A DNA stretch of 58,355 nucleotides, counting the filler, from Jimgerdemannia flammicorona (taxonomy: Eukaryota), in assembly GCA_003990765.1 (NCBI GenBank). It is 2 parts of 2 records of this genome, joined end to end, with 100 filler letters (N's around TTAATTAATTAA, not from the genome) between each part and the next. Parts side by side here need not be neighbours in the genome. Positions count along the whole stretch, not along the records: positions 29,229 to 58,355 come from RBNJ01000515.1; 1 more part is not named here. One strand, 5' to 3'. The notes below the pieces were generated by a model that ran no database searches, had not been told where the DNA came from, and worked only from the letters and a program-made list of their open reading frames with translations. The translations under genes were made by a program, and so were the position numbers. This document shows positions 34,535-47,158 of the stretch, one piece after another; position 1 is the stretch's first letter; every line of letters starts with the position of its first letter.

Positions 34535-36949
34535 TGTGACATACACAATTGATAATGGAGTACCAGTGACTACTAAGATCAGACGACATAATGGCATGAC
34601 AATCAAAAAGACAGTCTGACCCATTAGGTGATCATCCCAAAAGAAGACAAGATGATCCGAGCCAAAATGAAGACCATGTTATTTAAGGAACCATATTCCA
34701 CCTCAAGGATTGGCACCAAAGAACCAAGTACCCACCACACAATGCCTCCCATTCACCGAACCAACCAGACCTCCCGCCGCTCTATCCCTTTGCCTGGCCC
34801 AAAGACCCTGATCTTTGAAGCTATCAAGAAGGCCATCTGGCACCCAGATACTTCCGAACACTTGAACTTCTACACTGAGGACCTTGGACACTTCATCAAC
34901 TACCGGTATATAATGACCCAACAGCTCAAAGATACTACTGAATGAATGACCCTCTGGCATGACTATGAAATTGGACACCGCCTTTGCAATAAGACTCAAG
35001 AAGGCATCCAGGAAGACCTCATTGCCGAAATGTTAACCACCAGCTGGCTAATCAAGAGAGCCCTCCATGTCTATCAAATCTTCCACCATATTCTCTGGGC
35101 TATAGCACACTTGCAAGGAGTATTGGCTGGCAGCCTCTCCCGCCTTTCAACTGAAGATGCTGACTGGATAGAATCTGAAGTAGACAACACTATTGGCAGC
35201 AACTGCATTGCCGTAGGAAGCCAACAAACCGAACCTACTTAGCCAGGTTTCCACACCACCCCACTCCAAGACAACTATCAAGGTCACCTAATGAGTCTTA
35301 TGGAGATATTTGAAGGACTGCCCATTACCATAGAAGCACCCATTGGAGCTACCCCAACCACCCACCACCTTGTCAGCCACAATTCACACCTCATCATTTG
35401 GGAACCAAATCAAGAAGAAGTCCAAGAAGTTCCTGTCTTTGAAGAGGAGGCCCAAGAACTCCAAGGCCCTGCCCCTGAAGAAACCCCCTCTGACACTGAA
35501 ACTGATGAGTCTTCAGAAGAAGAAGAGGAGCAACAGAGAGTCTACCAGTCCTCTGTCTGCATTCAAGCAGTTCAGGGATTGGAAAATGTTGTTGAAGATG
35601 ACTGGCCACTTTTCTACCCCCTCACCTCTTGGCCGGCACTTCCCCCCTTTGAGGAGAGATATGATGAAGAAGAAATCACAACCCAGCAAGATTTGCCCAC
35701 CACGGATGAAGGGTACTATTCCCTCTAGAGTACTGCCCATCAGCCATGAGAACTCAGCATTTTTGTCAGCAGGTCCGAATTCAGCATTGCCACCCTCCAC
35801 AACCATTTCTGGCAACAATCATCATATCATGTCAGCTCATCCGAATCCAGTGTTGCTACCCAGTACCACTGTTCTCAGCAATTTTGTCAGCAGATCCGAA
35901 TTCAGCATTGCCACCCTCCACAACCATTTCTGGCAACAATCAGCATTCATATCAGCTCATCCAAATCCAGCGTTGCTATCCCCTACAACCCAATCCGTAG
36001 TAAACAATAGCCTGCACCTCACATCGTGCAAACCAATAGCATAAGTTCGCCACAACATAGTATACCTTAGCCTTAGTCATGCCCCTCCCCCCATAGCTAG
36101 CAAACTTGTATAAATAACCCATATTCTTAGAGTGAATAAACCTCAGTCAGCTTGTGTTTAAAAAGTAAAAAGGATTACAAAGAAACCACTGCTTCCAAGA
36201 GACCAGATAAATTCTGAGAACAAGATAACAACCTAGAGCAACAGATCGCTCAGAAGTTTGAGTTAAAGAATTTTCTCTTGCCACGGAAAGAAAATGTTAC
36301 CCAACCACTGCCATTTGAGACCCAGCCAAGGATTCAAGACTATGACTGCCACACATTCAGACCACAATTCGGACCACCATTTGAGACCCGAGACCCAGCC
36401 AAGGATTCAAGACTATGACCGCCACGCATTCAGACTGCCATTCAGACCGCGCATTTGACCACCATTTGAGATTCAAGACCCAGAAACCCAGGGATACCCA
36501 GCTAAAGGATACTCGACTGCCAAAGACCGACCCGCTGCTAAAGACCCGAACAACCACCAGGAACCTTTCAAGATTAACCAAGACGGATGAGTGAGCCGTC
36601 AACCTCTGTTTTCCTGACCTACTGCACCACGAACCGCTTAAAGTCAAGACCGTCGCCCACTTCAAATCGACCGCATATTCCGCTAAAGTTTATCACCGCC
36701 GGCACATCCAAGTAACTGCCCTCTGTTAGCAACAACACCTTTTTCCACTGAATATTGAGCCACCATCGACATCCTGAGCCAACAAACAATCTCTTGCTAA
36801 TTATCAATTACCGCATGAATCGAACGAGCTGATCACGTGATCAACGACCCGCGAACGTCACCAATGCATTCCATTATCCATCGTGCACTTCACCAGGGGC
36901 ACACATTGAGCCGTGTAGTCGAAGTTCATTATACATAACTGACACCACA
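34535..36949 (+). repeat. 3' LTR of Gypsy copy 2 (~2415 bp)
   Basis: TGTGAC...CCACA. Similarity to 4137-6559 starts and stops at these termini. Confidence 0.9.
34628..35728 (+). pseudogene. LTR-encoded ORF of unknown function (copy 2), ~366 codons
   Basis: ORFs 34628-34945, 34946-35242 and 35291-35728 are one frame. Its two internal stops are sense codons (CAA, CAG) in copy 1. Confidence 0.72.
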
Positions 36950-39605
36950 ATATATAATAAAAAATGTCTTCTATATCTCATATAAATAAAATAAAAATAT
37001 TAGTATATTTCAAAGTATAGTAAAGCTATATCTGATGATAATTATAATTATAATAAAAATTATGAAATTTTAAGATATATTTATTATTATATAAAAAAGA
37101 AATATATTAAATATATTATAAGAATAAAAAATAATATTAATAGATAAAGTATATTGAACTTATAAAAAAATTATTTAATTTATTATATAAGAACTTATAT
37201 AAAAAATATTAGATTAAATAATTTTAACTCTATTAATATTAATTTTAGTAGTATTAGATTAATATAATAAAACTATATACTAATGGAATTGTTAAGATGG
37301 TAACTTAATATGCCAGTATATGATCTTATGCTATTTTATCAGATTTATATCACTCATTAGTAATGTAAGAAATATATAACCTATATAACTTTAATAAAAT
37401 TATCTCTCTCTTTACAATAAAGATTATGAGCCCTGCTAGTTCTAAGCAGCTATAGCAAAACATCTCTTTAAAATACACTATACTAGAAATGTCTTACAAT
37501 CAGTCTATCAATATGAGTATTAAAATAGATATACTAATCACAAGTATAGGAAATATAGTTCTGATTATTTATATAAATACAGCCAAAAGGTCTATCTCAA
37601 TCTTTGATGAGAAAGACTATACTATTTAGACATTTCATATAATAAATCTCCTTGATAAATATGGCTTGATAGAGTATACAAAGCCACAAGTACTAATTCA
37701 AGATTATGATATTATAAGTATTATAGTATTATGTAAGATTGTATTTACTATCAAACTAATAAATGAAACTCATAATGTTTACAATGACTATATATAAGGT
37801 ATAGAAGACTCTATGTAATCATGTACAAGCATCTATTTCCAATCAATTCCACTTGAAATTTCAATTATTCAATATACAAATATAGCCCAAGGAGTTTATC
37901 TGTAATTATGTCAATTATATTAACAATCTGGTGAATTAAGTGAATTATCTTAGCATAACTGTAAATTATATTAATAATGAAGATAAGGTTATAGGACTCA
38001 TAACTGAACTTCCAAATATATATAATATCATAGTAGCAGCTATGCATGATAGCAAGAGACTCTCAGATTATGCCCATATAATAACAAGTCTCATGAATGA
38101 GAAAATACACTAAGGAAATAGTACCAATAATAATAAAACACCTTCAATGGGTTCTGCTAATATAGTGCCAAATAAGTTTAAAAGTTCAATCAACAATAAG
38201 GCCAAAGAGGATGAATCCAAACCCAAGCTCAAAAATACAATAACTAGTCTAGCCAATCAATCAGTATAATGATTACTGTGAATACTGCAGCAAGTATAGA
38301 CATAGGAAATACCATTACTATAGCTGGGAAAATGATAAGGATAGTAGTGTAAATAAGCATAAAAAAGGCCAGTATTGGTAATATGAGAATGGTAGAAAGA
38401 ACTATAGAGAAAAACATGATAATACAAATACTACTGAAACTAATGAAAGCAGTAATCTATTTTTCATACAAGCTACCAGCTCCACTACTAATTCTGCTAA
38501 TATAAGATCTAAATCCATGATGAGCAGTTCTACTAGCACCAAATTTACCAATCCATTATTTATGAATCTCAGTTAGCAAAATATCTTTCGGCTGATGAAA
38601 AGTAGTAATAATATCAATACTACCAACAATCATACATTCTCTAAGTATATATCTATCAGTAGTGAATCTGTCAATATAACTGATAACAATAATGTCTGGT
38701 TAATAGATTCTTGAGCTATACAACATATGATACCATACAGAGAATAGTTCTCTATATATGAACCTTTTGAGTACCCTGTACTTATTAAGTTAAAAGATAA
38801 CAATATCATCTAAACTCAAAAAATGAGAGATGTGGGGATATATCTCTACAGAAATGTGTCAAGCCTGCTGCCACTCTTGGGGACATACTGTATACTCCAG
38901 AGATAAGAAAGAACCTCTTCTCCATAGGCAAGATAATGGCTCACCATAACAAAGAAATATATACATATATAAAGAGTACTACTATATATGATTTGCATAA
39001 CAATGAGCTAATAATAACTTTGAAACACAGAAATCTTTATATGATCAATGGGATGCTAAATGGCATGAAAGCCTCTGCTTGTACAATAACTACACCTGAT
39101 GTATCCAATATATAGCATCAATGCTTAGAACATATCAGTAAGGCAAGTCTCAAATATATAATTAGAAGTGACTCAGTAAAAGGTTTGCCAGTATATATAT
39201 ATCCAGAGGATAGCTTTTGCAAGATATATATAGAAAACAAAGCCTCCCAGTGACTGATCAAAGAATGATAGAAGTGTATCTTAAGGATCCTCAATCTAAT
39301 CTATACAGATATATACAGCCTGATACATACCCTATCATACTTTGATAAGTGATATTTTCTGATGTTTATTGACAATTATATGCATAAGGCATATATATAT
39401 TTTTTATCAGCAAAGAGTGAAGCCTTAGAGAAATTCAAAGAATTCAAAGCAATTGCCAAGAATAAAATAGGATGTAGAATATATGCTATATACTTAGTTA
39501 ATAAATGCAAATATATCTACAATACATTTAGGGAATTCCTTACAAAATAGAGTATATCTCTAATTTATGAGATAGATTGGTAATAAATAGCAATATCTAA
39601 GTGAG

Positions 39606-39652
<47 letters not shown>

Positions 39653-40987
39653 TATCCTATTAAATAATAACTCCTTATACTTCTCTGCAAAATGGTATAG
39701 ATAAGTGATTTAACCATATGGCTATAGCTGCCAGTCTAGGATATTTCTATTGAGCCAAAGCCAATAATATGGTTATATATATCTATAATCAGTATATATC
39801 TTGATCACTATGCAAAAAAGCTTACAATAATAAGTATAAGGATAATGATCTTACTCTTAAAGAGTTATGGAGGAGAACTAGGCCGAATATATCTCATCTA
39901 TATATATTCAGATATAATATATATATCCTTAATAAAAGCAATGATCTAATATAAATTCAAGTCAAAGGTGGTCAAGCATATACTCCTTAGATATAGCAGG
40001 AAATCATATAGGCTTTAGAATCTATATATAAAATATATAGATTTTGCATAATATACAATTCAATAAAAAAGAAAATAATAAAGAGATCTATATAGAAATA
40101 TCTATGCAGACCTCTATATCTATATTTAGCCAGCAAAACAATCAGTGCTGCCATTATCTCTGATAATTCCAGCAATTAATCAAAACTATTTCCAACTACT
40201 ATATATACTTGAGCCAGAGTTGCCTGAGTGAAGAATTACCAAGATCAAAGATGAAGATGATAGTGAAGACAACAACAAAGAATTTTCTATAAAGGATAAA
40301 CAAATACAAAAGTACTCTAATGTGTTCCGAGAGACATATTAAGAATTAGGAAGTTATTGGGACATACTAGTGAGCTCTAGACAGCAGCAATATTAAGCCT
40401 ATATGAGACATACAAATGTATATGTATTGCAACATCTTCTGGTAAGCCAAGCACATATGATGAGGCTATGTAATATCCTGACAACAAGAAATGAGAAGTA
40501 TGATTTGCTTATAGAGAATGACATATAGAATCTAGTACCTCTTCTATAAAATCGTTAAGCAATCAGATTCAAGTGAGTCTATAGATTCAAGCATAAGAGC
40601 AATAGAAGTTAGAGTGATATAAAGCTTGTTTTATTGCCAAGGGTTATTTATAGAATTATGATATATGTAAACTACAATAAGACATTTTTGCTAATATTTA
40701 AGCTTACTTTACTTAGAATACTCCTTGTGATTGACACAATATATGACTTTGAAATCTATTAAATAGATGTCAAGATGGCATTCCTAAATGGTGACATAGA
40801 TACTGAATTATATATCTGTCAACTGCAAGGATACAAACTATATGACAGCCAAAATAGCAAGCTCATATACAAATTATGCAAAGGATTATATAGTATCTAA
40901 CAAGTGGTACAATTATAGAATAAAAGAATTGATAAGCATTTGCTTAATAATGAGTTAATGTATTGAAAAGCAGATAATTACATATGC
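36950..40987 (+). mobile_element. Extremely decayed Ty1/Copia retrotransposon (LTR remnant, PBS, gag-PR-IN-RT), interrupted by a LINE at 40988
   Basis: AGATTATGAGCCC at 37421 (fungal Copia AGGTTATGAGCCC PBS). WLIDS*AIQHM protease (~38695). LIYTDIY and FLMFIDNY...KSEALEKFKEF integrase. KACFIAKGY and IDVKMAFLNGDIDTELY RT. Order is PR-IN-RT. Confidence 0.88.
39559..39648 (+). mobile_element. 5'-truncated LINE 3' end (~90 bp) inserted in the Copia integrase
   Basis: TSD AGTATATC (39551-39558 and 39649-39656) and poly(A). GATAGATTGGTAA matches the LINE 3' UTR near 58305. Confidence 0.75.
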
Positions 40988-42629
40988 CACCTTTCTCTGC
41001 TATAATTCATGTTACACACACTTTTACAATATACTTTCAAGTCATTTATTGGAGAAAGAGATTAAGGCAATATCAACCAACAAGTAAGCTAATATGCATA
41101 CTAGGTCAGGTGGATCTGGGGCCTTCAACTGGCAACATGTCAGATGAGGTTATGGGCTTGGGATGGGGTCTTTCAGTGGTCTGAGTGGGCAGGACAGCTT
41201 GGGCAGTAGAAGTGGTGTTGGTGGTGTGGCTGGAGGGCAGGTTGGAAGGAGCTTTGCTGAGGAATGGTGGTTGGCTGGTGGGGACTTGGGGTGGGCAGGC
41301 AGGAGGGAAGGAAAAGCAGAAGGTTGGAGAAGCTGGAAGAGCTGGAGGTACTGGACCTCAACCAGTGAGTGGTAGGGCTGGTGGGGTAGCTGCTGAGAGT
41401 AGAGATGGGACTGCTGATGGTAGTGTGACTGAGAATCTGGAAAAAAATCCAGATGTAACTACTAATGGTTGGGTTGGACAGATGGGCCCAAAGCAGAAGA
41501 GGGACCTGGCTGATGGTGTGACAGGGCTGGCAGTGGTACTGTTACTCAAGATGTCAATTTCAGAGTTTGTAGTTACCTTGTACTTCTGGGGCTTGATAGT
41601 GACTGCAAGGATGGTCCTGGGGCTTATCTTATAGCAGGTGGCTGTAGCAGTCTCAGTGAAGTTCCTGAAGGGGCTGGAGGGGGTTGAGGTGGGCTTTGAG
41701 GAGGTAGGCCTACTGGATGAGGTACTGAAGACTGGAGTGGTGGTTGGGGAAGTAGTGGTCCCTATGGTGCAATACCTTAGGTGGGACCCCAGTTACTGGT
41801 GAATGGGGTGCCTATGGTGATGAAGGTTGAGACTAGGAGGAGGGTGGAGGAGGTAATGGTGGAGTATGGCAATATGGTGGATATTGGCTTCCAGGTGTGG
41901 GAGGGGACTGCAATTAGGACAGGCGATGTTGATGTCAGGATCAGACTAGCAGAGAGAGAGGCTACAGGGAAGGTGAGTGACTGGCCCTCAGTATTGATGT
42001 GGGGGGCATTTGTCTGCAAAGTGTTGAGGGTGAAGGGGAGTGAAGAGAAGGAGGAGGATTTGTTAGAAGTATTGGAGGAGTTGAGTGGTGCAGTCAAATG
42101 ACAGACAAAGGCCTGGAAGCTCTATGTGGAGTTGACACATCTGGAGATTATTGATGGGAAGTATATTTACACTAACAAGAGGCAGTGGGAGAGAGCTCAA
42201 GGATACAAGAGGTAGCAGGAGCTACTGGTGAGCATAAAAGGATAGGTAACAATAGAGGTTGGGGGCAATGAGAAGCCTGAGGGTATGGAGGAGAGTGTCT
42301 GGGCTGGCAAGAGCAGGAGCATTAGGGAGGAGGGCCTGGGAGGAGCTGAGAAGGTGCCACACAAGAACCTGTTCAATGAGGGGGCTCGCTCGAGACCACA
42401 GGTCAATGAATGCAGGAAGGTCTTGGGCATATAGTGCCCAAAATGTTTCAACACCGTTGTTTGTCTAAGGCGTGTCTAAATCAGGCATAGTCTTTCCTTT
42501 TTTGGTACTAGCGCGGTAGGTGCATTACTTCTATATGTAATTCTACCATTCACCCAACATTACTTCATATGTGCTTTACACTTATGCTTTTGCACTTCCG
42601 TACATTCATATGCATTTCATTACATTACC

Positions 42630-44081
42630 ATGGTCCTCTCCACAAATTCCTGCCTTTTGTGTTGATACGACCCTTCCCATACGTCAAAGGGCCAACACGA
42701 CCTGGGCTCCGCCACCTGCCCTTTCCACTCGGATGTTAATTTCATCGAGCGTGTGCTCCATTTTCTACAAGACGACCTGGAATCTGATAGCGAGAACCCC
42801 AATGTTGCTATCCTCGTGGATTATCTCACCACCCTCCCTGATCACTCTACTTCCGCACCCCGCCGAATCACGCGTCTATCAGTGCATGCCGCATCCAAGG
42901 CTCCCGCTAGCGCTACGGCAGCCGGACCAGCTTTTTTCAGCACACCGGCCTCTGATGTTTCCATCGAAGCCAGCATTGCTCAGCTCCAAGAGCATGCATC
43001 CACGCAAGACCATCGGTTCGATGAACTTTTTCAGCTCTTACACTCTCGCCCCAACATCGTATCTTCGGCGGCACCGGCTAGTGTAGTTCCTGCTATTTCT
43101 GGTCAGGACGCGTCTCCCATCATCGATCAAGCCTTTATCGATTGCGCTACTGCTTCTCTTTCGACAGTTCTCACATCCCCATCCTCATCCCAGCCCTTAC
43201 CAACTATCCCTTCGGTTGGGTCCACCGGCATTCACGGCCCTGCCAGTAATCCCCAGGGTGAGTCTATCCCTATACCTCCTTCTGTCGTCTCTGCCCATAC
43301 CATTGTCTGAGGCATCAATCTCTCTTTAAAATATGCCCATGTTATTCAACGGCTGTTAGCCGTGGTCATCGACAATTCGTTCACCGCCGTGTCGCTCGGC
43401 CATTTCTTGGAGCGAAACGTCGTTTCTATCGGTGGTCTTCCTGACACTCAATTCATCAAAACGTTTGACGAATCGGGTGCCCGGATCATTCTTTGAAAGC
43501 CGCCATCCCTTATCAAAGATCTTCCAGACGTCCCTGCTTTCCTCGCCACCCTGCTTACGTATTTCAGCATTCTTCATGATGCATACCCAGGCCTCACCGA
43601 TCCTACTCCATTCTTTTCATATGCCGCGGATTTTATTTTACTATCAACATCGTCGTATTGGTCCGCGCTTCTTGATTATCATGTCTCCTTTTACACAAAA
43701 CGACTGACGGAGATCGCGAACGACGGTGTTTCTCTGGTATGGTGCGAGCACTGGGCCCGGCGCGACCCCGACCTCTTTATGATCCTTAGTCTACATCAAC
43801 ATCCGCGAACTCCGACCTCTACATCTAATCCGCTTAAGCCCTTCAAGTCTCGCAACGTACAACAGGGACTACATCTTACTGATGGCTGCTCTGCTCCATC
43901 TACCGAGAAAGCCTCTCAACGGTCTACTTGTCGGGCATACAACGGCATTCTATTCGATGGATCACCCATGAAGGATCCTGGGTGCAATAGAAAAGGATGC
44001 CCTTATGTGCATTTCTGTTCTCGCTGCAATGGTGATCATCCGTGATATCGATGCTCCCACAATCCATTGTCTCGCCCCTAG
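42630..44081 (+). pseudogene. Ngaro ORF1 (gag-like) with C-terminal Cys/His finger
   Basis: One frame with a few TGA stops, ending CRAYNG...GCNRKGCPYVHFCSRCNGDHP*YRC. Confidence 0.8.
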
Positions 44082-44114
44082 GAACTCACCCCCATTTATT
44101 CTTTACACATACCC

Positions 44115-45923
44115 ATGGCCGCTCCAAATACCCTACTCCGTCGCCAATTTACCACCCCTCTCAACAAAGCGGCTCAAGACATTCTATGTCGTTTTCCTCT
44201 TCCTTCTTCCACTCTTCGCCCTGTCACGTGGGCGCGTGAGCTCTAGTTGTATCCTGCCCCGTGTGTAGCTCAGGCTGCCATCGCCGCTATTACTCAAGGC
44301 ACTCTTCTCGGCTTTGATGGGCCTCGTCGCCGCCTGCTGTCCTATAATCATCGCTCCGCTCTCGACTACCCGGAAGCGATCATGTCTGACATTGAGCGGG
44401 AAGTCGCCGCCGGTAGAATTTGTGGCCCGTTTTCATCCCCTCCGTTCGAATGCTTTCGCTCATCTCCTCTCGGCGCCGTCGCGAAGAAGAATTCCAATAG
44501 TGCATGGCGTCATATTCATGACCTTTCTTGGCCCCATCACAGCGATTCGGTGAATGCTGGCATAGATACCGACGCCTTTTGGCTCTCTTACATTAAGTTC
44601 GACGAGGCTTTGGACTTGGTTCGTCGTTTTGGCCAGGGATGTCTTTTATCGAAGATCGACCTCACCGATGCATATCGTCATATTCTCATCCATCCTACAG
44701 ATTGGGAGTTATTGGGTTTCGAGTGGTCGGGGCAGTTTTATTTCGATCAGTTCACTCCTTTTGGCGCATCCTCGTCACCATTTCTTTTCAACCTTTTCAT
44801 GGAACTTCTCGCATGGATCACCCACCATCACGACATATGCGCGCTCATTCACTACGTCGATGATTTTCTCCTCGTTTCGCCGCTGCTCCGGCCGTCTGCC
44901 CTCTCCGACCTACATTTACTTCTTGCCATCTATCATCATCTCGGCTGGTTGATTCAAGAGCGCAAGGTTGAAGGCCCGACAACGTCACTCATCTTTCTGG
45001 GCATCGAATTGGATACAATGGCTATGGAAGTCCGCCTGCCTCTTGGCAAGCTTGACACATTGCTCACCACCCTTCAGCAGTGGCTATCGCACACGTTATG
45101 TACACGCCCTCAACTGCAGTCTCTTATTGGTTCCTTGGTATTTGCCTGTAAAATCATTCCGCTGGGCCACCCATTCCTGCGGTGGTTTATCGACCTTCTT
45201 TCCGGCAACGCCTCATTCCATATCTCACTGAATGAGGAATTCTACGCCAACATTCATTGGTGGCTCGAATTCCTACACCACTGGAATGGTATTTCCGTTA
45301 TACATCTGGTGGCATGGTTCCACGAGCCTGATGCACAATTATGGATGGACGCCAGCAGGATCCAAGGCTTTGGTGCACATTTCAATAGCGAATGGTTTTC
45401 CGCTCCCTGGCCTCCCGATATAGCCTCGCGCGACATTCAGTTCAAGGAACTTTACGCCGTGGTCGCTGCCGCTGTTACCTGGGGCACTCAATGGCGTTTT
45501 CACCGTATATTGCTTCATTCTGATAATCAGGCGGTCGTCGCTATTATCAACTCGGGCTCTTCACACAACCCTCTTCTGCTGGAACTTCTCCGCCAGCTCT
45601 ATTTTCAAATGACGCATCACGCTTTTCAACTTTGCGCCGTATTCATCTCGACGTCTGATAACGGCATTGCTGATGCTTTATCCCACACTGATCTTCCTCA
45701 TTTCCGTCGTCTTGCCCCTTACGCTCAGACGCTCCCAACCATGATTGGTATCATTTGCATTCCGTGCTTCCACCCGCCGTTGCCTTCTTTTTGTGGTTCG
45801 GACTGGCAAAATCAACGCACTGCTCATACTCTTTGGGACAACGCAGCTTCCTCCAATTCTGCAATCTCCACGGCGGTAATCATGCCTCCAGCGGGCCTTT
45901 GCCCGCATCCGAACTGGTGCTAA
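44115..45923 (+). pseudogene. Ngaro ORF2 reverse transcriptase/RNase H
   Basis: SPLGAVAKK, KIDLTDAYRHI, PFGASSSP, HYVDDFL, MDAS, KELYAV, SDNQAVV, ADALS. One TAG near the start (44244), then 558 open codons. Confidence 0.93.
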
Positions 45924-46762
45924 TGCGGTGGGTCTATAGCTTGGCCTTGCGACGGCTTCAACCATCCACAATCAAATGTTACCTCTCAGCCATTCGTTCT
46001 CTACACATCGACTCCAGTTTTGCCGATCCGTTCATCGGTCTTTACCAACTTCCCTGAGTGATGCGTGGCATGAAGCAGTGGCTAGGCATATGCCCAACTC
46101 GACCTCGGCTTCCTATCACGCTCAGTATTCTTTGCAGTCTTATCAGTTTGCTTTGGCTATCTGATTATGACGATCTGCATCTTACAACCACGATGTCGCT
46201 TGCATACGTCGGCTTTCTTCGCGCCGGCGAATTTACGTGGAATGGGTCTTTCGATCCCGTTTCCCAACTGTCCCGCAGCTCTGTGGTTTTTCAACCTAGC
46301 ATTGCTGACCCCACCCATATTATGCTCACCCTGCCAGCCTCTAAAACAGACCCGTTTCGCCAGGGTGCAACACTTTTTATCACCAAAACGGATCCCGCCA
46401 CACCATGCGTTATATCCTTACTTCACCTTCTTTACCTGGCGCACCCAGCCCCACCCGACACCCCTCTGTTCTGGCATTCCGCGAACCGATCGTTCTCTTG
46501 GGCCTATCTCGTTAGTCGTCTTTGCATGTTACTTCCACGGATTGGTCTGAATCCGCTTCTTTACGCCGAGCATAGTTTTCAGATTGGTGCAACATCTGAT
46601 GCCGCTGCAGCCGGTTTATCTGATTACGAGATTCAGATGTTGGGTCGGTGGGAGAGCGTGGCATTTAAAGGCTATATTCACATGCCTATTTCTCGCATTC
46701 TCCACCTTCGGGCTTCGTTAACTTGTAATACTTGTTCTGTTACTCATATTACTTGTGGTTAA
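45755..46762 (+). pseudogene. Ngaro ORF3 tyrosine recombinase
   Basis: TIKCYLSAIRSLH, FLRAGEF, SKTDPFRQG, HSFQIGA (HxxR arginine changed to Q), GRWES and GYIH. One internal TGA at 46055. Confidence 0.92.
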
Positions 46763-46793
46763 CGATTTCCTGTTCCTTTTTTTTTTTTTCTAC

Positions 46794-47158
46794 CATGTAG
46801 CCCATGACACCAGCTTATTCCGGGTCCCGCGTGGCGTGCGACACCAGCCTTTACCTCTCCTCATCGGCCTTACATCACCGTGCGGCTCACGACACCAGCC
46901 TTTAATCCACCCACCTCAGCCTCTTACCACCATGTAGTTCGCGATACCAACCTTTTCCGACATTGCGCGGCTCGCAACACCAGCCCTCCTTCTTTTCGTT
47001 ATTGCGCAGTTTGCAACACCAGCCTACTCGGACCCCCACGCAACTCGTGACACCAGTTCTATCCCTCGATCGCTGGGCTCATTAAATCAGCTTCTTGGCT
47101 GTCGCACGATTCGCGACACCTGCCCTCGGTTTTAACTGTGTGGCTTGCGACACCAGCC
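46794..47158 (+). repeat. Nine 22-bp repeats (consensus CGCGCGGCTCGCGACACCAGCC) separated by unique 11-44-nt spacers
   Basis: Copies start at 46794, 46828, 46879, 46931, 46964, 47003, 47037, 47103 and 47137. Confidence 0.88.

Larger units (their letters stand above)
29229..36949 (+). mobile_element. Ty3/Gypsy LTR retrotransposon, copy 2 (PR to 3' LTR; 5' part lost in the gap)
   Basis: PR (DTGAAV), dUTPase, RT (VYIDDV), RNase H (ATDAS, ECLAVVWA, TDHQAL) and IN (GIDIIGPLP, TDQGREF, YHPQANGLTE, WEGPY) in Gypsy order, then a PPT and LTR. Confidence 0.97.

Noticed and set aside
46794..47158. Calling the repeat-spacer array a CRISPR
   Set aside because: Spacer lengths range 11-44 nt, there are no cas genes or leader, and the context is a eukaryotic retrotransposon. 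Kept as a finding under a neutral name.
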